From positions 256,001 through 320,000 of the forward strand of contig CAWJSK010000015.1 of NCBI GenBank assembly GCA_963845535.1: a stretch of 64,000 nucleotides of DNA. Reading direction: 5' to 3'. Position 1 is the stretch's first letter, and every line of letters starts with the position of its first letter. This DNA is from an uncultured Spirochaetota bacterium. Its GTDB lineage: Bacteria > Spirochaetota > Spirochaetia > SZUA-6 > Fen-1364. The position numbers were made by a program, and so were the translations under genes. This document shows positions 10,162-18,977 of this stretch, one piece after another. A model generated the notes under the pieces. The model had not been told where the DNA came from. It was given only the letters and a program-made list of their open reading frames with translations, and made no database searches.

Positions 10162-11412
10162 TTATCCCTTCGCGGCCGTGAGCAGGGCGAGCATGTTTTC
10201 CGCCGGCACCGTTGCCTGGATGTTGTGCACGTTGTTGAATACGAAGCCGCCGCCGCGGCCGAACACAGCGCTGTTCCGAAGCGCTTCTTCCCGCACCTGC
10301 TCGGGCCGCCCAAACGCCAGAGTGTGTTGCGCGTCCACGGCGCCGCCCCAGAAAACGAACCTGTCACCGTACTTCCCCTTGAGCGTCTCCGGGGACATCC
10401 CCGCGGCGGAAATCTGGACGGGATTCAGGATGTCGACTCCCGCTTCCGCAAAATCTTCAAGGAACGCCGTTATGGAGCCGCACGTGTGGAAGAAGGTCTT
10501 CCATGAAGTGTGCGCGTGCACCCAATCGTTCATCTTTGTGTGCAGAGGCTTGAAGATTTCTCGATAAGCCTGCGGAGATATGAACGGCCCGTTCTGCGAG
10601 CCGAAATCCGTGCCGCTCATGAAGATGACGTCAATGCGGCCACCCACCGCCTCGTGGTACATCTGGAGGTTCTTCATCTGCATTTCGAGCTGCAGGTGGA
10701 AAATCTCTTCTATATAACTCTTGCGCGTGAGGGTGGAGACGTACCACTCCTCGGGGTCGCGGATTCCCTTGGGATGAGGAACGTCCGGGCCCGGGACGAA
10801 TGCTATGTCCCCGAACCCGGCGCCGCCAAAGTTGCCCACAAGGGAATAGTCGCTTTCCTCATACCACTTTCTTGCCGTGCGCTCCAGATACCGCAGGTCC
10901 TCGTCCGTGTACAGCGCGCAGCTCTGCACGACCCACTCACGCGGATCCAGCTTCGATTCATCAATGGGCTCCTGGCGGACGATTGTGTCGAAATAGAACC
11001 CGTCCTTTGGCATCCTGCCGGAAGGCGGCGCAGTGCGGTCTCCTTGGGGATACTGGACGATATCCCCGTTGGCGAGCACGTCGTATTCGAAATGTCCTGA
11101 AATTTCCACCTCGGTGCCATCGAACATGCGGAACGTCTTCCAGTCCTCGTTCCTGTAGCCGAAGATCGTCGTCGGGAGCTGGATGCCAACCGTGTCGACC
11201 CCCAGGGCGTCCTTTACGCTCTCTTCGACCTCCGCAAGTATCTGGAACGGGTCATAGATGCGGACAACCCCGCCGCTGATTCCGAGCGCTTTTTTCAGGC
11301 GCGCGTACGCCCCGGCCTGGATGCCCGTCACGAGTGTGCTTCCGAGGTCAAGGGGAGGACGGTCAGGCTCCTCGTGGTTGATCGCTTTACGAACTCTTTC
11401 TCGTGATGTCAT
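10162..11412 (-). CDS. Uroporphyrinogen decarboxylase / MtaA-CmuA methyltransferase-family protein
   Basis: MTSRERV..AINH.EPDRPP start, GTDFGSQ, FFHTCG, ILNPVQ, FWGGAVD, VHNIQ. Confidence 0.85.
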   Translation of the reverse strand: MTSRERVRKAINHEEPDRPPLDLGSTLVTGIQAGAYARLKKALGISGGVVRIYDPFQILAEVEESVKDALGVDTVGIQLPTTIFGYRNEDWKTFRMFDGTEVEISGHFEYDVLANGDIVQYPQGDRTAPPSGRMPKDGFYFDTIVRQEPIDESKLDPREWVVQSCALYTDEDLRYLERTARKWYEESDYSLVGNFGGAGFGDIAFVPGPDVPHPKGIRDPEEWYVSTLTRKSYIEEIFHLQLEMQMKNLQMYHEAVGGRIDVIFMSGTDFGSQNGPFISPQAYREIFKPLHTKMNDWVHAHTSWKTFFHTCGSITAFLEDFAEAGVDILNPVQISAAGMSPETLKGKYGDRFVFWGGAVDAQHTLAFGRPEQVREEALRNSAVFGRGGGFVFNNVHNIQATVPAENMLALLTAAKG

Positions 11413-11437
11413 GCCTGTCTCCCCAGTGATAGGCGGC

Positions 11438-12955
11438 TCAGTGCGCCGTGGCCTCGGAAGCGGTTGCTCCGCCCGTGGCGTATGTCATGATTCGGTGCTC
11501 ATCCACCTCCGCTCGTTCCAGGATCCCCATGACGCGGCCCTCGTGCATGACCACGACCCTGTCCGCCATGGCAATCACCTCGGGAAGCTCTGATGAAATG
11601 AGCGCGATGGCTATCCCGGAGCGCGCGAGGCGGCGGATGAGCTCATAGACTTCGGACTTCGCGCCCACGTCAATGCCGTGCGTGGGCTCATCAAGGATAA
11701 GCACCTTCGGCGCCAGTGCGAGCCAGCGCGCCAGCACCGTCTTTTGCTGGTTCCCGCCGGAGAGGTTGCGGACCGGCTCGTCAGTGGACCGTGTTTTGAT
11801 CGCGAGGCTTCCCACGTAGGACTGTACGGTGTCTTTCAGCTTGCCATGGTCAATGCCGAACCCCCGCTTCATTCCCCGCAGGCTGGCCAGGGACATGTTG
11901 AACCATATGGGCTGATCCATGAAGAGGGAGAGCTTTTTCCGATCCTCAGGCACCATGGCAAGGCCGGCCGCAATGGCCTGGTAGGGCGCGGTGAAATGGA
12001 CTGGGCGGCCTTCCAGCGTCACTTCCCCTCCGTGCCTGCGCTGGGCGCCGAAGATTGCCCGCCACGCCTCACTCCTTCCGGCTCCCACCAGCCCGGCGAA
12101 GCACAGGATCTCTCCTTTTCGCAGGTCGAAGGACACCTCGTGAAAGCCCTCTCCAGAAAGTCCTTTCACGCACAAGATGGCCGCCCCCAGATCACCGTGC
12201 GGAACGTACTCCCGGTTCAGCTCCCGTCCCACCATCATCTTGATCACGGACCCCGCGGTGGCGTCGGCGCTATCCACCGTGCCCACGAGGACGCCGTCAC
12301 GCAGCACCGTGATGCGGTCCGAGATCCTCAGGACCTCGTCGATCTTGTGGGAGACGTAGATCACGGAAACGCCGCGGCTCTTCAAGGATCCGATCACGGA
12401 GAAAAGCCGTTCCGACTCCGTTTCACTCAGGGATGAGTTGGGCTCATCCATGATGATCAGCCGGGCCTTGATGGAAAGCGCCTTGGCAATCTCAACGAGC
12501 TGGCGCTGGGAGATGGGCAGGTCGCTCATGAGGCTGCGCGGGTCGATGTCCAGTCCGACCTCCGCAAGGGCGGCTCGGCTTTTCTCTTCGAGGAGCTTCC
12601 ACTGAACTCTCCCGCGCCGCGTGGGCATGCGGCCCATGAAGAGGTTCTCCACGACGTTCAGCGTGGGAAGGACGGACAGCTCCTGATGGATGACGGCAAT
12701 TCCCGCGGCAATGGCTTCCCGAGGCGAGGAAAAGGACACTTCGCGTCCTTCCAGGTCGGTGCGTCCTGCGTCCCGGGAGATGATCCCTCCCAGGATTTTC
12801 ATCAGCGTTGACTTGCCGGCGCCGTTTTCCCCGACCACCGCGTGGACTTCCCCGCGGCGCACCTCGAGGGAGACTCCGTCCAGGGCTTTCAGCCCGGCGA
12901 AGCTCCTCGCAAGACCCTGCACCCGGAGCATGAGGTCCGTTTCGTTGGATTGCAT
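11438..12955 (-). CDS. Monosaccharide ABC transporter ATP-binding protein (RbsA/MglA type, two NBDs)
   Basis: GENGAGKS, IIMDEP, GLVGAGRSE, LSGGNQQK, DEPTHGIDVGAK. Confidence 0.95.
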   Translation of the reverse strand: MQSNETDLMLRVQGLARSFAGLKALDGVSLEVRRGEVHAVVGENGAGKSTLMKILGGIISRDAGRTDLEGREVSFSSPREAIAAGIAVIHQELSVLPTLNVVENLFMGRMPTRRGRVQWKLLEEKSRAALAEVGLDIDPRSLMSDLPISQRQLVEIAKALSIKARLIIMDEPNSSLSETESERLFSVIGSLKSRGVSVIYVSHKIDEVLRISDRITVLRDGVLVGTVDSADATAGSVIKMMVGRELNREYVPHGDLGAAILCVKGLSGEGFHEVSFDLRKGEILCFAGLVGAGRSEAWRAIFGAQRRHGGEVTLEGRPVHFTAPYQAIAAGLAMVPEDRKKLSLFMDQPIWFNMSLASLRGMKRGFGIDHGKLKDTVQSYVGSLAIKTRSTDEPVRNLSGGNQQKTVLARWLALAPKVLILDEPTHGIDVGAKSEVYELIRRLARSGIAIALISSELPEVIAMADRVVVMHEGRVMGILERAEVDEHRIMTYATGGATASEATAH

Positions 12956-12973
12956 CCTTCCCCTGTTCGAGCT

Positions 12974-13010
12974 CCCGAACGGGCCGCCTTTGCTCCGGCG
13001 GCCCGTTGGG
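12974..13010. terminator. Intergenic stem-loop after the binding-protein gene (mRNA stabiliser/attenuator)
   Basis: CCCGAACGGGCCGCC-loop-GGCGGCCCGTTGGG. Confidence 0.55.
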
Positions 13011-13019
13011 ATTCTTTGA

Positions 13020-14063
13020 CTACTTGTTGTAGAACTGGGAGATGTTGTCCTTGGTCACGAAGTCCGCCTTCGTGAGCAGCCTTCCCGCCGGAGGAACGAC
13101 CCCGCCAATGAGGTAGTTGTACAGGCGGACAGCCGGGTCATGGCCCTGGGCAAAAGGATCCTGCCCGAGGGTGCCCGTGATAACCCCCGCCTTCACGAAC
13201 TGCATGGTCTCATCCACGAAGTCATAGCTGATGATCTTGACCTTGCCGGCTTTTCCCGCGTCCTGAACGGCCTTTGCCGCTCCGAAGGGGCCTCCCGCCG
13301 TGACGTAGATGGCGTCGAGGTCCGGGTTGGCCGTCATGAAGTCCTGGGCCTGGCTGTAGGCGGTGTCCGCCTTGTCCTTGTTCTCCACGCGTCCAACGAT
13401 GGTGATCCCCGGGGCTTCCTTTGCAACCTCATCCTCGAAGCCCTTGCGGCGAAGCTCGTGCGCTTCCACGGAGAAGAACCCCGTGATGACCGCCACCTTG
13501 CCCTTGCCGCCGAGCACCTTCACCATGTTCTTGCCGGCTGTCTGGCCCTGGAGATAGAGGTCCGCGCCGACGAAGAACAGGCGCTTGTTGGCCGTCGCGG
13601 TCTCGGAGTTGAACGTGGCAACGGGAATGCCCGCGGCCACCGCGCGGTCGATGTACGGCACTATCCCGGAATCTCCGGCGATGGTGACGATGCCGTCATA
13701 GCCTTCCGCCATTGCCGCCTCGATAGCCTTGCTGAACACGTCCGTGGTGTGCTGCGCGCCCGCGTTGATCCAGTCAACCTTGCAGTTCAGGGGCGCCAGC
13801 TGCTCAGCCGCCTTCATGGTGCCTTCCTTGACCGGGATCCAGAAGGGGTTGTTCTCAAGCCCGAGAACGGCGATCTTGATGGGCTTGGGCGACTTCTGGG
13901 AGACCGGCGCCACGGTTCCTTCATCCGCCGGCGCGGTGGCGCTGTCGAACGCGGGGCCCGGGGGCAACGCTTTCTTTGTTTCAGCTGTTCCGCCAGCCCA
14001 CGCTCCGAGCCCGATGAGAGCCAGCACGCAGGCGAGTACGATGACCTTTCTGGTCATGCTCAT
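13020..14063 (-). CDS. Sugar ABC transporter substrate-binding protein (RbsB/Peripla_BP_4 type)
   Basis: Signal peptide ending AWAGGTAE, NPFW..VKEG, GIPVATFNS, FVGADLYLQG, GQDPFAQG. Confidence 0.92.
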   Translation of the reverse strand: MSMTRKVIVLACVLALIGLGAWAGGTAETKKALPPGPAFDSATAPADEGTVAPVSQKSPKPIKIAVLGLENNPFWIPVKEGTMKAAEQLAPLNCKVDWINAGAQHTTDVFSKAIEAAMAEGYDGIVTIAGDSGIVPYIDRAVAAGIPVATFNSETATANKRLFFVGADLYLQGQTAGKNMVKVLGGKGKVAVITGFFSVEAHELRRKGFEDEVAKEAPGITIVGRVENKDKADTAYSQAQDFMTANPDLDAIYVTAGGPFGAAKAVQDAGKAGKVKIISYDFVDETMQFVKAGVITGTLGQDPFAQGHDPAVRLYNYLIGGVVPPAGRLLTKADFVTKDNISQFYNK

Positions 14064-14116
14064 GCTCTGTCTCCTTTACACAACGTCATTTAATAAACCG
14101 GACAACGTCCGGCTTT

Positions 14117-15130
14117 TCATGCCTGTCCAGGGCGCCGGCGCAGGTTGTCGGATGCGACGGCGAGAATGATCACCACGCCGATGGAAACGGTTTGCAGGAA
14201 AGCGGGCAGATGAAGCAGAACGAACGCGTTCCTCAATACCGCCATGATTGCGGCCCCTATGATGGCCCCCAGGATGGTTCCCACGCCGCCGGAAAGGCTT
14301 GCCCCGCCAATGACGACTGCCGCAATCACGTCCAGCTCGTTGCCTTCCCCGGCGTTCGTGGCGGCGGTGGCGAGCAGGCCTCCGCTCATGACTCCCGCCA
14401 GCGCGCACAAGACCCCCGTTGCCGCGTAGGTGAAGAGCTTCACGCGGTCCACGTTGACTCCGGAAAGCCGGGCCGCTTCCTCGTTGGAGCCCACCGCGTA
14501 TATCTGCCTGCCGAGCACCGTGTTCTTGAGGAACCAGGTAAAAACGATGACGAGCAGGATCATTTCCACAATGGGGAAGGGGACCGTCCCGAGGTAACCG
14601 TCTCCGATGAAATTGACAGAGGGATCACGCATGGGGATGTTGGATGCCACGGTGCCCTGGACGCCCGTTGCAATGAGGTAGGTGAGACCGCGTCCTATGC
14701 TCATCATCCCGAGTGTCGTGATGAACGCGTTGACCCTGACCTTCGTGATGATGAAGCCGTTGAGCGTGCCGAGGCCGAGGCCGAGGGCAAACCCGAGCGC
14801 GACGCACAACCACGGGGAGAGGCCGGAGTACATCAAGCGCGCCGTGAACATGCCCGTCACAGCCAGGAGTGAGCCGACCGAAAGGTCTATTCCCCCCGTG
14901 ATGATGACCATGGTGACCCCGACGCACATGATCGCTATGGTGGACATGCCCCGCAGGACGTTGAAAATGTTCAACGGCTTGAGGAAGTACTGGCTGGCCA
15001 TGCTCATGATGATGACGAGGACCATGAGCGCCAGCAGGACGCCGACTTCGCGATTGGCGAGCGCGCGGCGGGCCGCGGGAACAAGGGGGTTTACCCGGAG
15101 GGGCTGCAGGCTCTTGGGGACATTCTCCAC
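14117..15130 (-). CDS. Sugar ABC transporter permease (RbsC type)
   Basis: GGIDLSVGS, GRQIYAVGSNEEAARLSGV (EAA loop), ELDVIAAVVIGGASLSGG. Confidence 0.95.
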   Translation of the reverse strand: MENVPKSLQPLRVNPLVPAARRALANREVGVLLALMVLVIIMSMASQYFLKPLNIFNVLRGMSTIAIMCVGVTMVIITGGIDLSVGSLLAVTGMFTARLMYSGLSPWLCVALGFALGLGLGTLNGFIITKVRVNAFITTLGMMSIGRGLTYLIATGVQGTVASNIPMRDPSVNFIGDGYLGTVPFPIVEMILLVIVFTWFLKNTVLGRQIYAVGSNEEAARLSGVNVDRVKLFTYAATGVLCALAGVMSGGLLATAATNAGEGNELDVIAAVVIGGASLSGGVGTILGAIIGAAIMAVLRNAFVLLHLPAFLQTVSIGVVIILAVASDNLRRRPGQA

Positions 15131-15187
15131 CGCGGTTTCCTTTCAACGACTGAAAATGGGATACTCTGAGGGGCCGACTCTTTCCTA

Positions 15188-15203
15188 AGCATGAGTCATG
15201 CCA
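15188..15203 (-). promoter_or_regulatory. sigma54 -24/-12 promoter of the ABC operon
   Basis: TTGGCATGACTCATGCT on minus strand (GG-N10-GC), about 58 bp upstream of the permease start. Confidence 0.8.
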
Positions 15204-15319
15204 ACCTCAGGCCAGTTGCCATCATCGTTTCTGACAAACGATCTGCTTGCCATGAAATGAGTTAGAGCATTCTCGACTCACTTTCCTACTCTCGGTGCGC
15301 AACCGGCTCACCCGGCGGC

Positions 15320-15368
15320 GTGGCGTATTCTCCCCCCGGCGCCGCCCCGCCTGGGGCGTTTTCTCCAC
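15320..15368. promoter_or_regulatory. Tandem upstream activator sites for the NtrC-type regulator
   Basis: GTGGCGTATTCTCCCC (15320-15335) and GGGGCGTTTTCTCCAC (15353-15368), 33 bp apart, about 120-165 bp upstream of the sigma54 promoter. Confidence 0.55.
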
Positions 15369-15407
15369 AGCTCGCGTGACGCGTGAACATGGATTATACT
15401 CTGCAAT

Positions 15408-16715
15408 GTGAAGCGCCAGATACTCATTGTGGATGACGACCGCGCTGTCTGTGATTCCCTGTCCGACCTCTTGCGCGGCAAGGGATACGAGGTCGCCGTC
15501 GTGATGGATCCACGGGACGCCATCTCCGCGGTGGACCCGCAGTCCACGGCGCTTGCCCTGGTGGACCTGTGCATGCCCGGTATCGGCGGAATAGAGCTGC
15601 TCCAGGCCATCAAATCCCGGCTGCCGGATCTGCCCGTTGTCATCATCACGGGATACGCCACGGTGGATACTGCGGTGGCGGCAATGAAGTACGGCGCCGC
15701 GGACGTCTTCACAAAGCCCATCAAGTCTTCCGCGCTCCTGTCGCAGATCAGCCGCATCATGAGTGAGCGGCCGCTTCGGGCAGACCTTCCTGAAGACGAA
15801 GGAATCGTGACGGCTGATCCGCTCATGCAGGAAGCCCTCCGGCTTCTGGAGCGCGCGGCGCCAACGGATGCCCCCATTCTCATCCGCGGGGAAACGGGCA
15901 CGGGAAAGGAGCTGGCCGCGCGCATGGTCCACCGGGCAAGCGGCCGAAAAGCGCGCGCTTTCGTGGCAGTCAATTGCGCCGCGATGCCGGACACGCTCCT
16001 TGAGAGTGAAATGTTCGGCCATGAGCGGGGGGCGTTCACAGACGCGCGGGAAAGGAAGCTCGGGCTCCTGGAAATGGCGGACGGGGGCACGATCTTTCTG
16101 GATGAGATCGGGGAGATGAGCCTGACAACGCAGGCCAAGATGCTGCGCGTGCTGCAGGAGAAGAGCTTCACCCGGCTGGGCGGAGTGGAAACCATCCGCA
16201 GCGACTGCCGCGTGGTGGCGGCGACCAACCGCAACATTGAAGAGGCAATCACGTGCGGGCGGTTCCGGGAGGAGCTGTACTACCGCCTGGCGGTGGTGGA
16301 GGTCCAGGTCCCGCCTCTGCGTGACCGCCCCGGTGACGTCCTTCCGCTGGCGGAGCATTTCCTTCGCCAGCTTGCAAGCGCCTATGGACGGACAGGGCTC
16401 TCCCTGTCCCCGGACGTGGTGTCCACCATGGAAGCGCTCCGATGGCCCGGCAACGTGCGGGAGCTCAAGAACCTCATCGAGCGGGCCGTCATCTTCTGCG
16501 AGCAGGGCCCCATCCGCATGTCGCACCTTTCTCCGCAGTACCGGCGGCAGGACGGGCCGGGCGCGGAGCTGGCGGACAGGTTTGCCGACTCATCGCGCCA
16601 GATCATCGCGGAAGCCGTCACGCGCGCGGCAGGCTCGAAAAGCGAGGCTGCGCGGATCCTCCACATTGACCGCAAGACGCTCTACAACCGCATGAAAAAG
16701 CTCGGAATGGGATGA
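15408..16715 (+). CDS. NtrC-family sigma54 response regulator (REC-AAA-HTH)
   Basis: ILIVDDD, VDLCMPG phospho-Asp, GETGTGKE, GAFTDA, WPGNVRELKN, HTH. Confidence 0.95.
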   Translation: MKRQILIVDDDRAVCDSLSDLLRGKGYEVAVVMDPRDAISAVDPQSTALALVDLCMPGIGGIELLQAIKSRLPDLPVVIITGYATVDTAVAAMKYGAADVFTKPIKSSALLSQISRIMSERPLRADLPEDEGIVTADPLMQEALRLLERAAPTDAPILIRGETGTGKELAARMVHRASGRKARAFVAVNCAAMPDTLLESEMFGHERGAFTDARERKLGLLEMADGGTIFLDEIGEMSLTTQAKMLRVLQEKSFTRLGGVETIRSDCRVVAATNRNIEEAITCGRFREELYYRLAVVEVQVPPLRDRPGDVLPLAEHFLRQLASAYGRTGLSLSPDVVSTMEALRWPGNVRELKNLIERAVIFCEQGPIRMSHLSPQYRRQDGPGAELADRFADSSRQIIAEAVTRAAGSKSEAARILHIDRKTLYNRMKKLGMG

Positions 16716-16718
16716 GCC

Positions 16719-18536
16719 GTGGCGGACCGCCTGAAGCTCCTCGAGCTGCGCAACATCCACGCCTCCTACGGGACGGTGACTGCCCTGGACGGGGTGGACT
16801 TCGACCTGTACGCGGGGGAGATTCACGGCCTGGTCGGAGAGCATCGCGCGGGTAAGTCCACTCTCGTCAAGGTCCTTACCGGCGCGGCGCGCGTGGACGA
16901 AGGCTCCATTTTTTTCGAGGGCAAACGCGTGGAGTCCTTCACTCCAAAACGCTCGCTGGAGAAGGGCATCGGGATCGTCTACCAGGACCTGTCCATCATC
17001 CCGCACCTGGACGCGGTTGAGAACATCTTCACCGGCCGCATGCTCCGTCGAAGCCTCCGGCGGCTGGACCACCGGGCCATGGAGGAGAGGGCGGCTCTGA
17101 TCCTTGCATCCTTGGAGTGTACGTTCGACATGCGGGTGCCGCTTTCCAAGCTCAAGCCGGCGTACCAGCACATGGTGGAGCTGGCGCGCGCCCTTGCCCT
17201 TGAACCGAAGGTCATCATCCTGGACGAGCTGTCCAACAAGCTCACCCCCGTGGAGATGAGGATCGTTTACCGCATTGTCTTCGACTTGCGTGAGCGTGGG
17301 AGCGGCATCGTCTACATCAGCCACGACATGGATGAGATCCTGCGCCTAGCGGACCGTGTCACCGTGCTGCGCGGCGGCCACCGCCGGCTCACGACCAACA
17401 CGGAGGGCTTCGACAGGCTGCGTCTCTATGAGCTCACCTATTCATTCAGCCTGGAAGAGATGCAGAGCGCGCGAGGAGATACGCCGCTCTTGCGGCTCAA
17501 GCGGGACCTGCAGAACGTGATCCAGATCTTCCCGGTGGGGGTCGTTCTGCTTGACCAGACGGGCGCCATCCAGCTGTACAACCTTGCGGCGCATACGCTG
17601 TGCGGAATAGACGGGGACGGGCTGGACCGGCCCCTTGGGGAGGTTCTCTGTGCGGCGGCGGAGGACAGCGGTGAGGCTGCACGGATTGGGCCGGGGCTGG
17701 CTGCCGGCGAGCCCGTGCGCCTTGAAGGGCTGAAGCTGCGGACCGGCAAGACCGTATCCATGGCTTCCACCCCCGTGCGGGCCCAGGATGGGACTCCGGC
17801 AGGCTCGCTTCTTGTCATCGAGGACGTCTCCTTCGCGCGGTACATGAACGACGTCGTCGTGGAAAACGCGAAAGTCTCCACCGTGGCACGCCTGGCGGTG
17901 GGGGTGGCTCATGAGATGAACAATCCCCTGTTTGCGATCCAGAACTACCTTGGGGTGATCCGCGGCCGGGTGAATGACCCGGAGATCGAGGACAGGCTCG
18001 GGCGCATTGAACGGGAGGTCAACCGGATCTCCGATATCGTCTCCAGCCTCCTCTCTTTTTCCCGCGCGGCCTCCGTGCCTCGCAACGTTGTGGACATGCG
18101 CGAGGTCATTGAAAGCGCGGTCATCCTGCTGCAGCACGCGTTCCGGGAAAAGACGGTGTCCGTGAGCCTCGACCTTCCTCCCGGTCCTTTGAACGTCCGA
18201 GGGGACGAGAACAGGCTTACACAGGTCTTGCTCAACCTTGCCTCCAACGCCGTGGACGCGGTCTTGAGCGGCGGGAGCGTGCGCATCCGTGCGCGTCAGG
18301 AAGACAGCGAGTGGGTGGAGATCCAGATCATTGATGACGGCTGCGGCATCCCTGATGACGTGAGCGCCCGCGTGTTTGAGCCTTTCTTCACGACCAAGCT
18401 CAGCAAGAGAAACACCGGCCTGGGGCTTTCCATCTGCCGCAGCATCCTCGAGGAGCACGGAGGAAAGATCGGGTTCGAGAGCAGGCCCGGGGCCGGCACG
18501 GTTTTCAGCGTCAAGCTTCCGTCCGCGGGAGAGTGA
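16719..18536 (+). CDS. Fusion protein: sugar-ABC-type ATPase domain + PAS + histidine kinase
   Basis: N-terminal about 240 aa with GEHRAGKST, VYQDL, IILDE, YISH; PAS-like FPVGVVLLD..G.I..YN; H-box VAHEMNNPL; N box NLASNAVDA; DDGCGI, PFFTTK, GLGL; no TM segment. Confidence 0.9.
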   Translation: MADRLKLLELRNIHASYGTVTALDGVDFDLYAGEIHGLVGEHRAGKSTLVKVLTGAARVDEGSIFFEGKRVESFTPKRSLEKGIGIVYQDLSIIPHLDAVENIFTGRMLRRSLRRLDHRAMEERAALILASLECTFDMRVPLSKLKPAYQHMVELARALALEPKVIILDELSNKLTPVEMRIVYRIVFDLRERGSGIVYISHDMDEILRLADRVTVLRGGHRRLTTNTEGFDRLRLYELTYSFSLEEMQSARGDTPLLRLKRDLQNVIQIFPVGVVLLDQTGAIQLYNLAAHTLCGIDGDGLDRPLGEVLCAAAEDSGEAARIGPGLAAGEPVRLEGLKLRTGKTVSMASTPVRAQDGTPAGSLLVIEDVSFARYMNDVVVENAKVSTVARLAVGVAHEMNNPLFAIQNYLGVIRGRVNDPEIEDRLGRIEREVNRISDIVSSLLSFSRAASVPRNVVDMREVIESAVILLQHAFREKTVSVSLDLPPGPLNVRGDENRLTQVLLNLASNAVDAVLSGGSVRIRARQEDSEWVEIQIIDDGCGIPDDVSARVFEPFFTTKLSKRNTGLGLSICRSILEEHGGKIGFESRPGAGTVFSVKLPSAGE

Positions 18537-18576
18537 CCGAAAAGGTCGGGGGCAATTCCGAGTTGTCCGCCCAATG

Positions 18577-18900
18577 TCAAAGAGCAACCAACTCCAGACT
18601 CTTTGCTGTATCGATTGCCTGGCCCTGCTCATTTTCTTCAGCGACGTGAGCTTCGGGCCCATTGTCTACCCTGAACTGGCCTGCTATCGCTTGAAGCTCC
18701 TGCGCCAATTCAGAAAGCTGTCCGACAGCGCTGGATATTTCCTGCGCTGACGAAGCGGCGGCATGTGTGATCTGGTTCGCGTCTTCCACGGCGCTTGAGA
18801 CGTGCGTGGCCCGCTCAGTCTGCTGCTCCGTTGCGGCAGAGATGCTCTTGCTCATGGCTCCGATATTTCGAAGGACCTGGGAAAGCTCCTTCACGGCGAG
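18577..18900 (-). pseudogene. Methyl-accepting chemotaxis protein C-terminal remnant
   Basis: ISAATEQQ...AASSAQEISSA..QLSELAQELQ..AGQFRV heptad methylation helix without the rest of the receptor. Confidence 0.6.
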
Positions 18901-18977
18901 GAGCAGCTTGGGGACCAGCCTGATGTTTCTCACACTCTCCCTCCTTGGCACCCGATGCGCGCCGTGGTGCGGCTTGT

